From a virus, in UHGV virus genome UHGV-0139776: a DNA stretch of 64,000 nucleotides. One strand, given 5' to 3'. Each line of letters starts with the position of its first letter. Within the stretch, counting starts at the first letter, position 1. Under the pieces are notes generated by a model. It did not search any database. It was given only the letters and a program-made list of their open reading frames with translations, and was not told where the DNA came from. This document shows, piece after piece, positions 61,300-64,000 of this stretch. Position numbers and translations under genes: made by a program.

Positions 61300-62493
61300 G
61301 TGACCTGGGACGATCACAAGAAGAATTTTGCTCGCCTGGCGCGAGATGGTGGTTACACCATCGCACAGTATGCCGCCGAGTTTAATCTTAACCCTAATAC
61401 CGCACGTCGTTATCTCCGTGCCTTCAAAGAAGACACCAGGACAGCGGACAGCCGCAAGCCAAATAAGCCAGTCAGGAAGCCACTAAAAAGCATGATCATT
61501 GATCACTCTAATGATCAACATTCAGGTGATCACATTGCGGCGGAAATAGCGGAAAAACAAAGAGTTAATGCCGTTGTCAGTGCCGCAGTAGAGAATGCGA
61601 AGCGCCAAAATAAGCGCATAAATGATCGTTCAGATGATCATGACGTGATCACCCGCGCCCACCGGACCTTACGTGATCGCCTGGAACGCGACACCCTGGA
61701 TGATGATGGTGAACGCTTTGAATTCGAAGCTGGCGATTACCTGATAGATAACGTTGAAGCGCGGAAGGCCGCGCGCGCTATGTTGCGTCGGTCCGGGGCC
61801 GATGTTCTGGAAACCACTCTTCTTGAAAAGTCTCTTTCTCATCTCCTTATGCTGGAGAACGCCAGGGATACGTGTATTCGCTTGGTGCAGGAAATGCGCG
61901 ATCAGCAAAAAGCCGATGATGAAGGTACTCCGCCTGAATACCGTATCGCGAGCATGCTAAACAGCTGTTCCGCGCAGATAAGCAGCCTGATCAACACCAT
62001 TTACAGCATCCGGAATAACTATCGAAAAGAAAGCCGGGAGGCGGAAAAGCACGCTTTATCTATGGGGCAAGCTGGCATTGTTAAGCTGGCATACGAACGA
62101 AAGCGTGAAAATAACTGGTCAGTGCTGGAAGCGGCTGAATTCATCGAGGCGCATGGAGGGAAAGTGCCGCCCCTGATGCTGGAACAAATCAAAGCCGATC
62201 TGCGTGCTCCTAAGACAAATACCGATGATGAGGAAAGGCAAACTGCCGTCGGTGGCCCTTCTCTTGAAGATCTGGACAAAGTTGCGCGAGAACGGGCCGC
62301 CAACCGCCGCGCCGATGCTGCATTGTGGATTGAGCAACGTAGGGAAGAAATCGCCGATATCGTTGATACAGGCGGTTATGGAGATGTTGATACTGAAGGT
62401 GTATCAAACGAACCATGGCTGGAACAAGACCTGGACGAAGACGAGGAGGAAGACGAAGAAGTTACCCGCAAGCTATACGGGGATGATGATTAA
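61300..62493 (+). CDS. pacA: terminase small subunit PacA, 397 aa (GTG start), contains the pac site
   Basis: AAAGGAAG RBS before the GTG; pac hexamer cluster lies within the 5-prime part of the gene. Confidence 0.85.
   Translation: MTWDDHKKNFARLARDGGYTIAQYAAEFNLNPNTARRYLRAFKEDTRTADSRKPNKPVRKPLKSMIIDHSNDQHSGDHIAAEIAEKQRVNAVVSAAVENAKRQNKRINDRSDDHDVITRAHRTLRDRLERDTLDDDGERFEFEAGDYLIDNVEARKAARAMLRRSGADVLETTLLEKSLSHLLMLENARDTCIRLVQEMRDQQKADDEGTPPEYRIASMLNSCSAQISSLINTIYSIRNNYRKESREAEKHALSMGQAGIVKLAYERKRENNWSVLEAAEFIEAHGGKVPPLMLEQIKADLRAPKTNTDDEERQTAVGGPSLEDLDKVARERAANRRADAALWIEQRREEIADIVDTGGYGDVDTEGVSNEPWLEQDLDEDEEEDEEVTRKLYGDDD
61493..61651. other. pac: pac packaging site: seven TGATC(A/G) hexamers (four at 61493-61532, three at 61623-61651)
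   Basis: Hexamer arrangement with Dam GATC sites matches the P1 pac architecture. Confidence 0.8.
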
Positions 62494-63977
62494 TGGCCAG
62501 AAGTTGCGTAACGGATCCACGTTGGCGCGAGCTGGTGGCGCTATATCGTTATGACTGGATTGCGGCCGCTGATGTTTTGTTCGGCAAAACACCTACCTGG
62601 CAGCAGGATCTGATTATTGAGTCTGTGCAGGAACAGGGTAGCAAGACATCTGTTTCGTCTGGTCACGGTACCGGGAAATCAGACATGACTTCTATCATGA
62701 TCATGTTGTTCATAATCATGTATCCCGGTGCCCGTGCCATTATCGTTGCGAACAAAATTCAGCAGGTAATGACCGGTATATTCAAGTACATCAAGATAAA
62801 CTGGGCTACGGCCACCAGCCGTTTTCCATGGCTTGCTGATTATTTTGTTCTGACAGAAACCGCTTTTTATGAAGTTACTGGTAAAGGTGTATGGACTGTA
62901 GTACCGAAGGGCTTTCGTCTGGGAAGTGAAGAAGCTCTCGCAGGTGAACACGCAGATCATCTTCTGTATATTATCGATGAAGCCTCCGGTGTCAGTGATA
63001 GAGCTTTCGGTATCATCACCGGTGCTCTTACCGGACAGGATAACCGCATCTTATTGCTGTCACAGCCTACACGCCCAAGCGGCTATTTCTACGATACTCA
63101 CCATAAACTGGCCAAGCGTCCTGGTAACCCTGATGGCGTTTATACGGCGATCACGCTTAACAGTGAGGAATCACCGCTGGTAACGCCAGCATTTATCAAA
63201 ATGAAGCTGGCGGAGTACGGCGGGCGTGATAACCCTATGTACATGATTAAGGTACGCGGCCTATTCCCTAAATCACAGGATGGCTTCCTTCTTGGACGTG
63301 ATGAGGTTGAACGTGCAACGCGGCGGAAAGTCAAGATTGCCAAAGGATGGGGCTGGCTTGCATGTGTGGACGTTGCTGGTGGTACGGGACGGGATAAGTC
63401 CGTTATCAATATCATGATGGTGTCCGGCCAGCGAAATAAACGCCGTGTAATCAACTATCGAATGCTGGAATACACAGACGTTACAGAAACGCAGCTTGCC
63501 GCCAAAATTTTCGCAGAATGTAATCCTGAGCGATTCCCAAATATCACCATAGCGATAGACGGCGATGGCCTGGGTAAAGCAACGGCGGATCTGATGTACG
63601 AGTATTATGGTATTACCGTACAGCGTATACGCTGGGGTAAAAAGATGCATAGCCGTGAAGATAAGAGCCTGTACTTTGATAAACGTGCTTATGCCAACGT
63701 TCAAGCCGCAGAGGCCGTAAAATCTGGTCGTATGAGACTGGATAAGGGTAATGAAACTATTGAGGAAGCGTCGAAAATCCCTGTAGGGATTAACTCCGCA
63801 GGTCAATGGAAAGTGATGAGTAAGGAGGATATGAAGAAAAAACTCAACCTGCACTCACCAGACCATTGGGATACATATTGTTTCGCTATGCTGGCTGATT
63901 ATGTTCCCCAGGATGAAGTGCTTAGCGTCGAAGACGAAGCGCAGGTTGATGAAGCTCTGGCATGGCTTAATGAATAA
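62493..63977 (+). CDS. pacB: terminase large subunit PacB, 494 aa
   Basis: Walker [10 protein letters not shown]; start overlaps the pacA stop. Confidence 0.85.
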   Translation: MARSCVTDPRWRELVALYRYDWIAAADVLFGKTPTWQQDLIIESVQEQGSKTSVSSGHGTGKSDMTSIMIMLFIIMYPGARAIIVANKIQQVMTGIFKYIKINWATATSRFPWLADYFVLTETAFYEVTGKGVWTVVPKGFRLGSEEALAGEHADHLLYIIDEASGVSDRAFGIITGALTGQDNRILLLSQPTRPSGYFYDTHHKLAKRPGNPDGVYTAITLNSEESPLVTPAFIKMKLAEYGGRDNPMYMIKVRGLFPKSQDGFLLGRDEVERATRRKVKIAKGWGWLACVDVAGGTGRDKSVINIMMVSGQRNKRRVINYRMLEYTDVTETQLAAKIFAECNPERFPNITIAIDGDGLGKATADLMYEYYGITVQRIRWGKKMHSREDKSLYFDKRAYANVQAAEAVKSGRMRLDKGNETIEEASKIPVGINSAGQWKVMSKEDMKKKLNLHSPDHWDTYCFAMLADYVPQDEVLSVEDEAQVDEALAWLNE

Positions 63978-64000
63978 CTCATTGACCATGCCGGATAGAA

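Overview
This 64 kb window reads as a contiguous segment of a P1-family plasmid-prophage (phage-plasmid), and most of it is recognisable rather than novel. Gene sizes and N-terminal sequences match my recollection of P1 proteins (ParA 398 aa, ParB 333 aa, RepA 286 aa, KilA 266 aa, RepL 281 aa, Icd 73 aa, Doc 126 aa, PacA 397 aa, PacB 494 aa), but no database search was possible, so all family names rest on motifs and memory. Left to right: a tail-fibre gene with a variable C-terminal cassette, baseplate genes and a 1130-aa Sit-like transglycosylase protein; secreted sim-region proteins; the immunity-I locus (c4 RNA, icd, ant); kilA-repL; head and tail genes; parS-parB-parA; repA flanked by incA/incC iterons and oriR; a spanin-like pair; a PAAR-like protein; hrdC; the Dmt fusion methyltransferase; three tRNAs; tciABC and the DnaB-like helicase ban; a second baseplate block; an accessory block of small enzymes; hot; LexA-controlled humD; phd-doc; lpa; and pacA (with the pac site) and pacB. 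A 17-bp C1-operator-like motif (ATTGCTCTAATAAATTT) recurs at about nine positions. The observations I consider most worth follow-up are: (1) two directly repeated Cin/Gin/Hin-type crossover-like sites bounding a short fibre cassette, with a second cassette starting at the window edge; (2) a family of five long imperfect hairpins with covarying stems arrayed around the tRNA genes where no credible ORF exists; (3) a strong operator-overlapped promoter followed by about 180 nt without an ORF and a UUCG-tetraloop terminator (candidate C1-controlled small RNA); (4) a peptide motif shared between the secreted Sim-like protein and the C-terminal region of Sit; (5) a PAPS-reductase-like ORF lacking its N-terminal segment inside an accessory enzyme block. 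No integrase, transposase, CRISPR array or rRNA was seen.
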